Translations under genes and position numbers: made by a program
Part shown: positions 27,939 to 37,362 of the stretch, in pieces
How positions within the stretch are numbered: position 1 is the stretch's first letter
Layout of the letters: every line of letters starts with the position of its first letter
Notes under the pieces: generated by a model
What the model was told of the DNA's origin: nothing
Database searches by the model: none
What the model saw: only the letters and a program-made list of their open reading frames with translations
Assembly (NCBI GenBank): GCA_963724495.1
Contig: CAVRUZ010000005.1
Span: 94,193-158,192 of the forward strand
Length of the DNA: 64,000 nucleotides
Source: an uncultured Actinomycetota bacterium
GTDB lineage: Bacteria > Actinomycetota > Actinomycetes > Propionibacteriales > DAIQRJ01
Direction of reading: 5' to 3'

Positions 27939-28736
27939 TCAGCTGGTGAGCTCGATCACCACGTCGTAGCCGAGCCGCAGGATGAGAGCGCTCACCACCA
28001 GGAGAAACACCACGCGGACGAACGAGCTGCCGCGCGCGACCGCAGACCTGGCCCCGAGCAGGCCACCGCCGAGGTTGGCCAGGCCCATGATCAGGCCCAG
28101 GGTCCACAGCACGGCGTGCTGGGGCACGAACACGATGAGGGCGCCGACGTTCGTGGCCACGTTGGCGATCTTGGCCTTGGCACTGGCCTCGAGAAACGCG
28201 TAGCCGAGCAGGCCGACCAACATGAACACGAAGAACGAACCTGTTCCCGGACCGGCGATCCCGTCATAGAAGCCGATCACCAATCCAGCCAGGGCTGCCG
28301 TCACGTAGTGCGCTCGGCCGTCGAATCTCAGTTGCTCGACCGATCCCAGGTCTTGCCGGAGCCACGTGTAGATCGCCACCCCCACGAGCAGGAGCAGGAT
28401 CACCGGCTTGAACACCTCCGATGGCACCCGGTAGGCCACCACCGCGCCGCCGACGGAACCGATAAGCGCCAGGCCTGCCATCGGGAGCGCTGTTCGCAGG
28501 TCGGGGTGCACATGCCGGTAGTAGGACACCGCACTCGTCGACGTGCCACACAGTGAGGAGACCTTGTTGGTGGCCAGCGCCGTCACAACGGGGTAGTGAC
28601 CGCCCAGGCCGAGCATCAGCGCAGGTAGCTGGATGAGTCCGCCACCCCCAACCACGGCGTCAACCCAACCGGCAGCAAAGGCGGCAATCACGAGCATCAC
28701 CACGGTGACGGTTCCGATGTCCGCCAGCACGTCCAC
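27939..28736 (-). CDS. TauE/SafE family sulfite/anion exporter
   Basis: 265 aa, 7-8 TM segments, internally duplicated, with 'GGGGLIQLPAL' and 'GGGLLGARSA' motifs. Confidence 0.85.
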   Translation of the reverse strand: MDVLADIGTVTVVMLVIAAFAAGWVDAVVGGGGLIQLPALMLGLGGHYPVVTALATNKVSSLCGTSTSAVSYYRHVHPDLRTALPMAGLALIGSVGGAVVAYRVPSEVFKPVILLLLVGVAIYTWLRQDLGSVEQLRFDGRAHYVTAALAGLVIGFYDGIAGPGTGSFFVFMLVGLLGYAFLEASAKAKIANVATNVGALIVFVPQHAVLWTLGLIMGLANLGGGLLGARSAVARGSSFVRVVFLLVVSALILRLGYDVVIELTS

Positions 28737-28852
28737 CGCTGCCTCCCTGGGTGAGGGTCACCAGGTATCAGCAGCCTGATGCCCTCAGCAAACTGAAATT
28801 CGCAGGCAGTCGGACGCGTGTGCCGACCGTGCCGGCGGGGTTAGGGTGCCAC

Positions 28853-29284
28853 ATGGCCAACTACGACGACAGTTTCGGCTTCCTGCTCAAGCGAGCGCAG
28901 CACGCCCTCGAGTTGACGACAGAACGCCGGCTGCAGTCCGTAGGCCTCACGCTGGCCCAGTACAGCGCTCTCGCCGCGCTCGAGGCCTCGGACGGGACGC
29001 TGAGCAACGCCGAGTTGGCCCGGCGCTGCTCGGTGACCGCCCAGACCATGCATCGCGTAGTGGCGCTGCTCGAACGCAACGACTGGGTGACCCGCAAGGC
29101 CCATCCCCGGCACGGCCGGATCCAGGACGTCATGCTTGCCCGTAAGGGAAAGGTCACCGTCGTCAAGGCACACAAGGTCGTGCGCGGCGTGGAGGACACT
29201 GCCTTCGGCGCAGTAGCCGAGCGTGACCTTCGCGCCGCGGCCAAGGTGATGCAGCGGGCTCTGGCCACGCTCGACACCGTTTGA
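28853..29284 (+). CDS. MarR family transcriptional regulator
   Basis: 'FGFLLKRAQHALE...LTLAQYSALAALE...LSNAELARRCSVTAQTMHRVVALLERNDWV'. Divergent from the TauE gene. I trimmed the track ORF to ATG 28853. Confidence 0.85.
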   Translation: MANYDDSFGFLLKRAQHALELTTERRLQSVGLTLAQYSALAALEASDGTLSNAELARRCSVTAQTMHRVVALLERNDWVTRKAHPRHGRIQDVMLARKGKVTVVKAHKVVRGVEDTAFGAVAERDLRAAAKVMQRALATLDTV

Positions 29285-29320
29285 GCCCAACCGCACCCGA
29301 GAACCCCGCTCGTCAGCCGA

Positions 29321-30400
29321 TCACCTGACCGTCGACGTCCGTAGGCGCTCAGCTTCCGCCAGCAGCCGCCAGACCTCCATCGGCCGACAGGCAAGATCCT
29401 GATCGAGAGACTCGTTCATGATGTCTATCCAGACCGGTGCGTAGGTGCCCTTTTTCGCTGACGGAGCTGCGAACTCCGCGCCTTGCCCGGTCCCGAACCG
29501 TCCGCGCCAGCTGCGGACCGTGTGGTGGTACTGCCAAGCATCGTTGTGCAACAGCGTCACGAGGAGGTCGGCTGGCGACACGGTTGCCGTCAGTCCAGAC
29601 TCCTCACGAAGCTCACGTGCCGCCGCCTCCTCAACTGATTCGCCTGCATCGACTCCACCGCCGAAGGCCACGTGGTAGGTCGCGCCCTGGCGGACGCGTC
29701 GCATCGCGGCCACCCGTCCACGGGCAATGGGCAGGGCGCCGGACCGGTGCCGTCGCGGCGCCGGAACGTCGTCGGCAGGAAGTCCGTGCATGCAGACGTC
29801 GTGCCGTCGAGAGCCGCCGTCGGCCGCAGCGTCCCAGAGCGGGAGGTAGCCGCGGCGAACTCCTTCCTTCGGCAGGCCAGCGCGCTCAGCCACCTTGCAG
29901 GACGCGGGATTCTCAACACTGTGGTCGAGTTGGACGCGACCTGCCTCAGGACCATTGGCCGCAGTGGTGAGCCACCGGAGCAGGAGTCGCACCGCGCTGG
30001 TGGCGACGCCACGCCCACGCGAGTCCGCATGCACGCCGTACCCGAGGTCGGCATTGCGCATCGACGGATGCCCGGTCGATCGCCAGCTGATCGTGCCCAG
30101 GAGACGTGCGGCGTCACTGGCTTCGGCGATGACGAACGTGGCCGGCTGCCCGCCGCCGTGAGCCTCGACTGCCTCGGTGATGGCCGTCGAGAGCTGGTCC
30201 GGTGTGTCGGGGAGGGACAGGAACGCCGGAGTGGCCAAGCGCACGTGGGCATCGTCGTGGAGCAAGTCGAACCACCGCTGACGATCTGTCGCCCGAGGAG
30301 GCCTGAGCAGGATGCCGTGCTCCGCGTCGACGATCCCTGCCCTTGGAACTGCTGCGAGCGTGCCGTCGAGCCGGCGCACGTCGGCAGGCGTTGAGGGCAT
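29321..30400 (-). CDS. GNAT N-acetyltransferase (RimJ/RimL-like) - NUDIX hydrolase fusion protein
   Basis: The N-terminal half has the acetyl-CoA motif 'SRGRGVATSAV' and 'ENPASCKVAERAGLPKEG'. The C-terminal half has the NUDIX box 'GGGVDAGESVEEAAARELREESGL'. Confidence 0.8.
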   Translation of the reverse strand: MPSTPADVRRLDGTLAAVPRAGIVDAEHGILLRPPRATDRQRWFDLLHDDAHVRLATPAFLSLPDTPDQLSTAITEAVEAHGGGQPATFVIAEASDAARLLGTISWRSTGHPSMRNADLGYGVHADSRGRGVATSAVRLLLRWLTTAANGPEAGRVQLDHSVENPASCKVAERAGLPKEGVRRGYLPLWDAAADGGSRRHDVCMHGLPADDVPAPRRHRSGALPIARGRVAAMRRVRQGATYHVAFGGGVDAGESVEEAAARELREESGLTATVSPADLLVTLLHNDAWQYHHTVRSWRGRFGTGQGAEFAAPSAKKGTYAPVWIDIMNESLDQDLACRPMEVWRLLAEAERLRTSTVR

Positions 30401-30441
30401 CGACCCAGGCTATGCGGGCGGCGCGCCTCGCCAGTCGAGGG

Positions 30442-31236
30442 ATGTCACGTCAGGTGAGCCTTTCCTTCGATGACGAATCGTCCGCCCGTGCCTATGGTCG
30501 GAGCGTGACCAACACCAGCGAAGTGACCGAGCACGGCCTGCACAGCGACGAGCCGCACGACGGGTCGCTCAATGCCAAGCTCAACTGGTTGCGCGCTGGG
30601 GTTCTCGGAGCCAACGACGGCATTATTTCCACCGCGGGTCTGGTGATCGGGGTCGCCGGTGCCACCACCAACGTCACCGCGCTGGCCACCGCCGGCATCG
30701 CGGGTCTCGCCGCCGGCTCGCTCTCCATGGCCGTGGGCGAGTACGTGTCGGTGAGCACGCAGCGCGACACCGAACGCGCCATGCTCGACCTGGAACGGCG
30801 CGAGCTCAAGGAGGAGCCCGAGGAGGAGCTCGCGGAGCTTGTCCAGATCTACATGGACAAGGGGCTGTCCCGCGACGTGGCCGATCAGGTGGCGAAGGAG
30901 CTCACCGCGAAGGACGCGTTGGCCGCCCATGCCGACGCTGAACTCGGTCTCGATCCCGACGACCTCACGAGCCCTTGGCAGGCCGCGGTCGCGTCGTTGC
31001 TCTCGTTCGCCCTCGGTGGATTGCTGCCTCTGCTCACGATCACGTTGCTCGGGCCGGCGGTCCGGGTGGTCTGCACGTTCGTCGCCGTCCTCCTGGCCGT
31101 GGTGTTGACCGGTTCGGTCTCGGCCCGCATCGGGCGTGCCCCGGTACGACGCGCAGTGATCCGGAACGTCGTCGGTGGTGCGCTCGCGATGACCATCACG
31201 TACCTGGTCGGCCGCGCTTTCGGTGCGTTCGCCTAG
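30442..31236 (+). CDS. VIT1/CCC1 family Fe/Mn transporter
   Basis: 'LNWLRAGVLGANDGIISTAGLVIGVAGA', an acidic metal-binding helix region 'ERRELKEEPEEELAEL', and C-terminal TM segments. Start is ATG 30442 or GTG 30505. Confidence 0.8.
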   Translation: MSRQVSLSFDDESSARAYGRSVTNTSEVTEHGLHSDEPHDGSLNAKLNWLRAGVLGANDGIISTAGLVIGVAGATTNVTALATAGIAGLAAGSLSMAVGEYVSVSTQRDTERAMLDLERRELKEEPEEELAELVQIYMDKGLSRDVADQVAKELTAKDALAAHADAELGLDPDDLTSPWQAAVASLLSFALGGLLPLLTITLLGPAVRVVCTFVAVLLAVVLTGSVSARIGRAPVRRAVIRNVVGGALAMTITYLVGRAFGAFA

Positions 31237-31401
31237 CGGCAGCCGCGGGGGTGGATGCGGGCCGGTTGCCCACCCAGGCGCCGGTTACGCAGTCCGGTAC
31301 CCAGACGTTTCTGGGCACCTACGTGCCTAACCGGCGCTCGAGGCGGTCCGCGGCACCGGCAGGGCATGGCCGGAAACGGGCGACCGGGCTGAGCCGACCA
31401 G

Positions 31402-31413
31402 ATCCTATAGGAT
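31402..31413. promoter_or_regulatory. AT-rich perfect palindrome upstream of the fucosidase gene (operator candidate)
   Basis: ATCCTATAGGAT, a 12-bp perfect palindrome about 82 nt upstream of ATG 31495, in an otherwise very GC-rich spacer. Confidence 0.3.
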
Positions 31414-31494
31414 TTCGTGGCACGCTGAGCGTCCTGCCGCGCCCCGGGCCGGCCTCGATCAGTCCGTCCGATCAGTTCAAGGAGTGCACCCGCG

Positions 31495-32772
31495 ATGCCC
31501 CACCCCGACTACGCAGCACCAGACACCGAGTGGTTCACCGAGGCTCGGTTCGGACTCTTCATCCACTTCGGTCTCTACGCCGCGGCGGCCCGACACGAGT
31601 GGGTCAAGAACCGGGAGCGGATCACCGACGAGGACTACCAGAAGTACTTCGACCACTTCGATCCCGACCTGTTCGACCCACAGGCGTGGGCTGACGAGGC
31701 GTGGAACGCGGGCATGCGTTACTTCGTGGTCACGAGCAAGCATCACGAGGGATTCGCCTTGTGGGACAGCGACCTCACTGATTACAAGGCCACGAAGACG
31801 CCCTACGGCAAGGACCTGATCGGGCCGATGGTCGAGGCCTTCCGCGACCGGGGACACCGGGTCGGCTTCTACCACTCGGTGATCGACTGGCACCACCCCG
31901 AGTTCCCCGTCGACTCCGTCCACCCACGTCGCGACGACGAGGAGTACAAGGCGGCGACCGCCGATCGGGACATCACCAAGTACGCGGAGTACCTGCACGG
32001 GCAGGTGCGTGAGCTGCTCACGCGCTACGGCAAGGTCGACGTGATGTGGTACGACTTCAGCTACCCGCACATGCCGGGCGGCAAGGGCCGCGACGACTGG
32101 CAGTCGGAAACGCTCGACGCGATGACCCGCGAACTCCAGCCGGGCATCCTCGTCAACGATCGCCTGGACCTCGACAACGCCGACCTCACCACGCCCGAGC
32201 AGGTGCAGCCGGTCGGCAACGTGGTCACGCCGGGCGAGGGCCCTCAGCTGTGGGAGGCGTGTCAAACCCTCAACGGTAGTTGGGGATACGACCGTGACAA
32301 CCACGACTGGAAGTCACCTGGGTTGATCATCCGCATGCTGATCGACACGGTGAGCAAGGGCGGCAACATGCTCCTCAACGTCGGACCGAACGCCCGTGGC
32401 CAATGGGAGCGGCGGGCGATCGACACGCTCCGCGGCGTGGGTCAGTGGATGCAGCTGCACGAACGTGCGATTCGCGGGAATGGGCCGTCGCAGTTCACCG
32501 CTCCGGCCGACGCTCGCTATACCCAGAAGGGGAATCGGCTCTACCTGCACCTGTTCGCCTGGCCCTTCGGGATGGTGCACCTCCCCGGCCTGGCGGGCAA
32601 GGTCGAGTACGCGCAGTTCCTGCACGACGCATCAGAGGTGTTCATGGTGGATGCCCCATCGCACGGGCACATCAGTGTCAAGGGACTCGAAGGAGACGTG
32701 CTCAGCCTTCGCCTGCCATCGCGGGCGCCCGACGTCGAGGTGCCCGTGATCGAGCTGTTCCTGAAGGACTGA
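31495..32772 (+). CDS. Alpha-L-fucosidase (GH29)
   Basis: 'WFTEARFGLFIHFGLY', 'YFVVTSKHHEGFALWDS', 'VDVMWYDFS'. No signal peptide. Confidence 0.9.
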   Translation: MPHPDYAAPDTEWFTEARFGLFIHFGLYAAAARHEWVKNRERITDEDYQKYFDHFDPDLFDPQAWADEAWNAGMRYFVVTSKHHEGFALWDSDLTDYKATKTPYGKDLIGPMVEAFRDRGHRVGFYHSVIDWHHPEFPVDSVHPRRDDEEYKAATADRDITKYAEYLHGQVRELLTRYGKVDVMWYDFSYPHMPGGKGRDDWQSETLDAMTRELQPGILVNDRLDLDNADLTTPEQVQPVGNVVTPGEGPQLWEACQTLNGSWGYDRDNHDWKSPGLIIRMLIDTVSKGGNMLLNVGPNARGQWERRAIDTLRGVGQWMQLHERAIRGNGPSQFTAPADARYTQKGNRLYLHLFAWPFGMVHLPGLAGKVEYAQFLHDASEVFMVDAPSHGHISVKGLEGDVLSLRLPSRAPDVEVPVIELFLKD

Positions 32773-32813
32773 GGTCTCCTGCGACCTCGGTGACGCAGGG
32801 CAGTCGTGGCGGG

Positions 32814-34601
32814 TCAGCCGACGCTGACCCGCCAGCGCACCTCTTCAGCCGGACCCTCGAGATCGAGCCGGACGAGACCGCAGATCCCCCTGCGGTTCGT
32901 GTAGTCGGCCGAGAGGTTCTGACGAAGTTCGATCGGCGAGAAGACCTGCAGCAGCAGGGACTCCCGTCCATGCGCGCCGTCGAGATCGAACCGCGCGCCG
33001 TCCGAGGTCCACGTGACCCGGGTGACCAGTCCGTCGCCGATGTCCGCGGGGTAGGGCACGAAGAGCACCGGGTGATGGGCATGACCCGGCGTTGCCTCGG
33101 TCACGTCGACGCCGTCCGCCCCGACGGCGGCGTGGAAGCGATAGGGCCAGCCGGCGATCGGGTCGTCGTCATCGTCACCGGCGATCTCGGAGTCGAAGGC
33201 GATCGCTCCGGCATCCGCACGCAGCCCTTCGCCGGACAGTGCGTGCCGATGCGCGGAGACCACTGATGTCGGAGTGCGACCAGGCTCGGCCCGGATGCCC
33301 AACCCGGGGTTGAACCATGGCCCGCCCGACAGGTGCCGGGCGCTCGAGGCGATCTGCAGCACTCGCCCCGCACCCACGGTGAGGTCGACCAGCCCGGTGC
33401 CGTCGTAGACGAGATCCGCCTGTGCCTGCACACCGATGGAGTACCGCCCGTGGTGAGCGGCCGCGCGGAAGGTTGGCTCGTGCTCGACCCGGACCCGAGG
33501 TGGTCGACCGTCGAGGTCGTTCGCTCCCTGCTCGGCGCAGCCCCGGAAGCCGGCGTCGACCGCGGAGGCAAGGAATCCCAGAGCCAGGTTGGCGTAGTGC
33601 CCGTCGGCGGTGTAGTTCTCGTAGCCCACCCGGCGCCAGCCCGGCTGGCGGTTGAGGACTGGGGAGTACGGACCGTCGGCGCGCTGCCACAGCGCGAGCG
33701 ACGTGAGCGTGCGCTCGGCCGCCGACGCCGCTTCCATCCGGTCGGCGTCACTGCCCAGTCCGAGGTGCTGGGCGTGCGTGAAGAACGCGACCTGCGCGCC
33801 CAGCGTCCAGGTCTGTCCGGTGCTGCGGTAGCCGGAGGCCAGCGAACCGTCCGACATCTGGAAGTCCAGGCTGCGGCGCAGTCCGGCAGTGAGGAACGAG
33901 CGGATGTGTGGCTCGTGCCGGCCGCCGTAGCCGGCCACCAGGATCTCGGCCAGGTGCACGCGGGTGAACAGGTCGTAGGCGTTGGGGATTCCTCGCTCGA
34001 CGTAGAGCCCGAGCTCGTCGACGAAGCCCTGCTCGAAGAACGTGTCGAGCCAGCCGTCGAGGTCGTCGATCGTGTGCCGCGAGCCGCCTTCCCGGATCCG
34101 GAGGTACTCACCGCTGCACCAGACCATCGCCCAGTTCGAAGGCGGGCGGGACCGGAACGACGCAGACGGGTCGACCTGGCTGATCTGCCGCCAGATCTGG
34201 TCGAGAGCCTCGTCGTTCGCGCCGGCGCTGCGCAACAGCAGGTAGGTCTTGAGGATCGGGGGCCAGAAGAAGTCGCGATGGGAGCCGTTGCTTCTGGCGC
34301 CACCGGTAGGCCGGTCGAAGCCCGACCAGGTGGCCGGCAGCGTCGGGTCGGCCACATGCCGCACGGACGCCTGCAGGCCGCGGAGGGCAGCAGTCAGGCG
34401 ATCGTCTCGTCGGGCAGGGTCGCCGTGCCGGGCGAGTACGGCGTTCCCCCAAGCATGGTAAGGAGTTCCGTACTGGGTCGGTGCCTGAGCGACCGGATCG
34501 ACGAGTTCGCCGTCCTCGCGCAAGAAGGCGCGGTAGGAGTCGATGCCGGCGGCGAGGACGTCGAGCGCTGAGGCCCGGGGGCTGGGGATGCTGAAGGTCA
34601 C
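32814..34601 (-). CDS. Hypothetical protein (595 aa), possibly a glycan-active alpha/alpha-toroid + beta-sandwich enzyme
   Basis: Long ORF with strong GC3 bias, convergent with the GH29 gene. I recognise no family motif. The function is inferred from context only. Confidence 0.6.
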   Translation of the reverse strand: MTFSIPSPRASALDVLAAGIDSYRAFLREDGELVDPVAQAPTQYGTPYHAWGNAVLARHGDPARRDDRLTAALRGLQASVRHVADPTLPATWSGFDRPTGGARSNGSHRDFFWPPILKTYLLLRSAGANDEALDQIWRQISQVDPSASFRSRPPSNWAMVWCSGEYLRIREGGSRHTIDDLDGWLDTFFEQGFVDELGLYVERGIPNAYDLFTRVHLAEILVAGYGGRHEPHIRSFLTAGLRRSLDFQMSDGSLASGYRSTGQTWTLGAQVAFFTHAQHLGLGSDADRMEAASAAERTLTSLALWQRADGPYSPVLNRQPGWRRVGYENYTADGHYANLALGFLASAVDAGFRGCAEQGANDLDGRPPRVRVEHEPTFRAAAHHGRYSIGVQAQADLVYDGTGLVDLTVGAGRVLQIASSARHLSGGPWFNPGLGIRAEPGRTPTSVVSAHRHALSGEGLRADAGAIAFDSEIAGDDDDDPIAGWPYRFHAAVGADGVDVTEATPGHAHHPVLFVPYPADIGDGLVTRVTWTSDGARFDLDGAHGRESLLLQVFSPIELRQNLSADYTNRRGICGLVRLDLEGPAEEVRWRVSVG

Positions 34602-34776
34602 CTGATCGACGCTAACCCGAGCCCGCGCGCGCCCGCCGGAGCCGCAGTCGCGGGCGTCCGGGGCAGGCCGCCGGCGCCTGAGCCCGCTGCCGGGCCCCGC
34701 AGTCTCACCGCATCGTGCGTCGGCGACAGCCGAAGCACGGGCGTGCCAGAGTTCGGTTCATGCGGCAGCGGGCCAG

Positions 34777-35610
34777 ATGAGCGGAGCGTCGCAGCCCGTA
34801 CGGCTCGAACGGGTCCGCCGGGTCGAGGACGGCAGCGCGACCCGGCAGTCCGTTGCCGACGCCGTGGCGGTGGAGGAACCGCTGGAGTTCCGCGTCGCCG
34901 CCGGCGACGGCCCCATCGTCCGGACCCTCACGATGCGCACACCCGGCCACGACGTCGACCTGCTGCTCGGATGGCTCATCAGCGAAGGGGTCATCGGTTC
35001 GGTCGCCGAGGTCGACCGGGTCACCGCGCGCAGCCGTGGCGCCGGGCTCGAGCGGGAGGCCTCGGTGCAGGTTCGCCTGCAGCCGAACGCGGTTCCGCCG
35101 GCCGACCGGCCCTTTCCGGTGTCGTCGGCCTGCGGCGTCTGCGGCGCCGACAGTCTGGCCGCGGTCCTGGGGCAGGCTCGCTGGCGGCTGGCCGACGACG
35201 ACTGCACCGTCTCGACCACGACCCTGCTCTCGCTTCCGGACCGGCTGGCAGCGGCCCAGGCAGCCTTCCAGCGAACCGGTGGTCTGCACGCGGCCGGGCT
35301 GTTTCGCGTGGACGGGACGCCGGTGGTGGTGCGCGAGGACGTCGGCCGGCACAACGCCGTCGACAAGGTGGTCGGGTTCGCGGCGCGCGAGCAACTCCTG
35401 CCTTTACGCGGACACGTCCTGCAAGTGAGCGGACGCGCGTCGATGGAACTGGTACACAAGGGCGTTATGGCGGGAATTCCCATCCTTTCGGCCGTTTCGG
35501 CGCCTTCCAGCCTCGCGGTCGAGCTCGCCAGGGCAAGCGACCTCACGCTCGCCGGGTTCGTCAGGGGGAGCGGCTTGAACATCTACGCGGCCGGCGAGCG
35601 GGTCACATGA
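34777..35610 (+). CDS. fdhD: Formate dehydrogenase accessory sulfurtransferase FdhD
   Basis: 'RTPGHDVDLLLGWLISEG', the catalytic loop 'SSACGVCG', and 'EDVGRHNAVDKVVG'. Confidence 0.9.
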   Translation: MSGASQPVRLERVRRVEDGSATRQSVADAVAVEEPLEFRVAAGDGPIVRTLTMRTPGHDVDLLLGWLISEGVIGSVAEVDRVTARSRGAGLEREASVQVRLQPNAVPPADRPFPVSSACGVCGADSLAAVLGQARWRLADDDCTVSTTTLLSLPDRLAAAQAAFQRTGGLHAAGLFRVDGTPVVVREDVGRHNAVDKVVGFAAREQLLPLRGHVLQVSGRASMELVHKGVMAGIPILSAVSAPSSLAVELARASDLTLAGFVRGSGLNIYAAGERVT

Positions 35611-36218
35611 GCGCATCGATGGAAGGCGATGGCGAGCCGCCGGCGGTCATCGTCCTGGCGGGCGGGGCAAGCCGTCGTTTCGGTTCGGACAAGATCGAGC
35701 ACCTACTGCCCACCGTGCTGGCCTCGTTGCCGACCGGCTGGCCGGTGGTCTGCGTCGGGCCGGAACGGAGCCACCTGGTTCCGCCCGGCCGGAGCGTCAG
35801 CTGGACTCGCGAGCAGCCACCCCTCGGTGGCCCGATCGCTGCCGTGGCTGCGGGCATCCGCGCGTTGGTAGATCTGCGACCGGACGTTCGGTTGGTGGCC
35901 GTGGTGGCGGCGGACATGCCCAGGGTGGGCTCGGCGCTGCCCAGGCTGGTGACGCTGGTGACCCACCCGGAACAGGCTGGGGCCGCCGCACTCGACGGCG
36001 CCTGTCTGGTGGATGACGACGATCGGAGGCAGCCGTTGGCCGGCGTCTACCGGGCCGAGCACCTGACGGCCCTGCTCGACCAAGAGGTCGAGGACCGGCC
36101 GGCGCGGGCGTTGTTCGAGGGTGCGCGTATCGGCGTGATCACCGATCCGGACGCCGCCCAGGACATCGACACCGAGGCCGAACTGACGGCATACCGCAGT
36201 CTGGGCGACCGGCCCTGA
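35607..36218 (+). CDS. Molybdenum cofactor guanylyltransferase-like (MobA family) protein
   Basis: 'VIVLAGGASRRFGSDK' and 'VVAADMP'. The ATG overlaps the fdhD stop (ATGA). The longer track ORF (from 34743) is an out-of-frame extension over fdhD. Confidence 0.75.
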   Translation: MSASMEGDGEPPAVIVLAGGASRRFGSDKIEHLLPTVLASLPTGWPVVCVGPERSHLVPPGRSVSWTREQPPLGGPIAAVAAGIRALVDLRPDVRLVAVVAADMPRVGSALPRLVTLVTHPEQAGAAALDGACLVDDDDRRQPLAGVYRAEHLTALLDQEVEDRPARALFEGARIGVITDPDAAQDIDTEAELTAYRSLGDRP

Positions 36219-36354
36219 GGCGATCACCTGAAAACTGGTGTCCAGCGGCGGATCTCGGTCGCTGAGCGCCCGCATAGTCGAACCAGACGCCACTTTTCAG
36301 GGTTTCGCACCGTCAGTCGCCATGCCCGCAGCCCAACCCAGCACCGGAATCCGC

Positions 36355-37335
36355 ATGCGTCGCGACGTCGCTGCCTGGCATCCTGCCGCGATGGTGGGTG
36401 TGCAGGGGACGCGGATCGGCTGGACCGACGTGCCCGAGCACGTGCGCGAGGCCGTGGCGCAGATCCTCGGCGCGCCGATAGCGGCGCACGCGCCACAGGG
36501 TGGCGGATTCTCACCGGGAGCAGCGGAACGGCTGGTCCTCGCCGACGGGCGCCGTGCCTTCGTCAAGGCCGGGAATCTGGCGCTGAACGTGCACACGCCG
36601 GGCATGTACCGCCGCGAGGCGCAGATCACCGCGGCCCTGCCGCCCCAGGTCCCGGCCACCCACCTCATCGGCTGCTACGACGACGGCGATTGGGTGGCGC
36701 TGGTCCTGGCCGACGTCGATGGCCGGCACCCGCACGTTCCCTGGGTCCGCCACGAGCTGGACGCGGTCCTCGCGACCCTCGGTCAGCTCGCCGTTGAACT
36801 CACGCCGGCGCCCGACCTCGATGTGCCGACGGCGCGTGCGGCGCTCGAACTCGATGCCGCGGGCTTTCGCCGGCTCCTCGACGCAGGTGTCGACGACTTC
36901 GAGCCTCTGGTCACGGACCATCTGCCCGAACTGCTGCAGCTGGCCGAGGACTCCCTCGAGGCCATCAGCGGCGACACGCTGGTGCACATGGACATCCGGG
37001 CCGACAACCTGCTGGTGCGACCCGACGGCACGGTCGTGCTCGTCGACTGGCCGCACGCCTGCATCGGCGCGGCCTGGCTCGACTCGTTGCTCCTGCTGCT
37101 GAACGTGGCCGTGTACGGCGGGCACGACATCGATGCCCTGATGGCATCGACACCCGTGCTGGCGAAAGCGGATCCGACCGCGATCGATGCCGCCCTGGCA
37201 CTGCTGGCCAGCTACTTCAGCCATGCCTGGCGGCAACCGCCACCACCCGGGCTCCCGACGGTCCGGGACTGGCAGAAGCTGCAGGGTGACGTGGTTCTGC
37301 CATGGCTGGCGCGCAGGCGCGGCTGGGCGACCTGA
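36355..37335 (+). CDS. Aminoglycoside-phosphotransferase-fold kinase (APH/choline-kinase family)
   Basis: Brenner/catalytic motif 'LVHMDIRADNLLVRPDG' followed by 'LVDWPHA'. The start is taken at ATG 36355 and is uncertain. Confidence 0.75.
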   Translation: MRRDVAAWHPAAMVGVQGTRIGWTDVPEHVREAVAQILGAPIAAHAPQGGGFSPGAAERLVLADGRRAFVKAGNLALNVHTPGMYRREAQITAALPPQVPATHLIGCYDDGDWVALVLADVDGRHPHVPWVRHELDAVLATLGQLAVELTPAPDLDVPTARAALELDAAGFRRLLDAGVDDFEPLVTDHLPELLQLAEDSLEAISGDTLVHMDIRADNLLVRPDGTVVLVDWPHACIGAAWLDSLLLLLNVAVYGGHDIDALMASTPVLAKADPTAIDAALALLASYFSHAWRQPPPPGLPTVRDWQKLQGDVVLPWLARRRGWAT

Positions 37336-37362
37336 CGCACAGATCACCGGCGTCTGTCGGGC

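Noticed and set aside
34743-36218. 491-aa ORF covering fdhD out of frame and continuing into the MobA-like gene
   Set aside because: Only the last ~203 codons (from ATG 35607, overlapping the fdhD stop) have MobA-type motifs and a GC3 signal. The upstream part is the alternative frame of fdhD.
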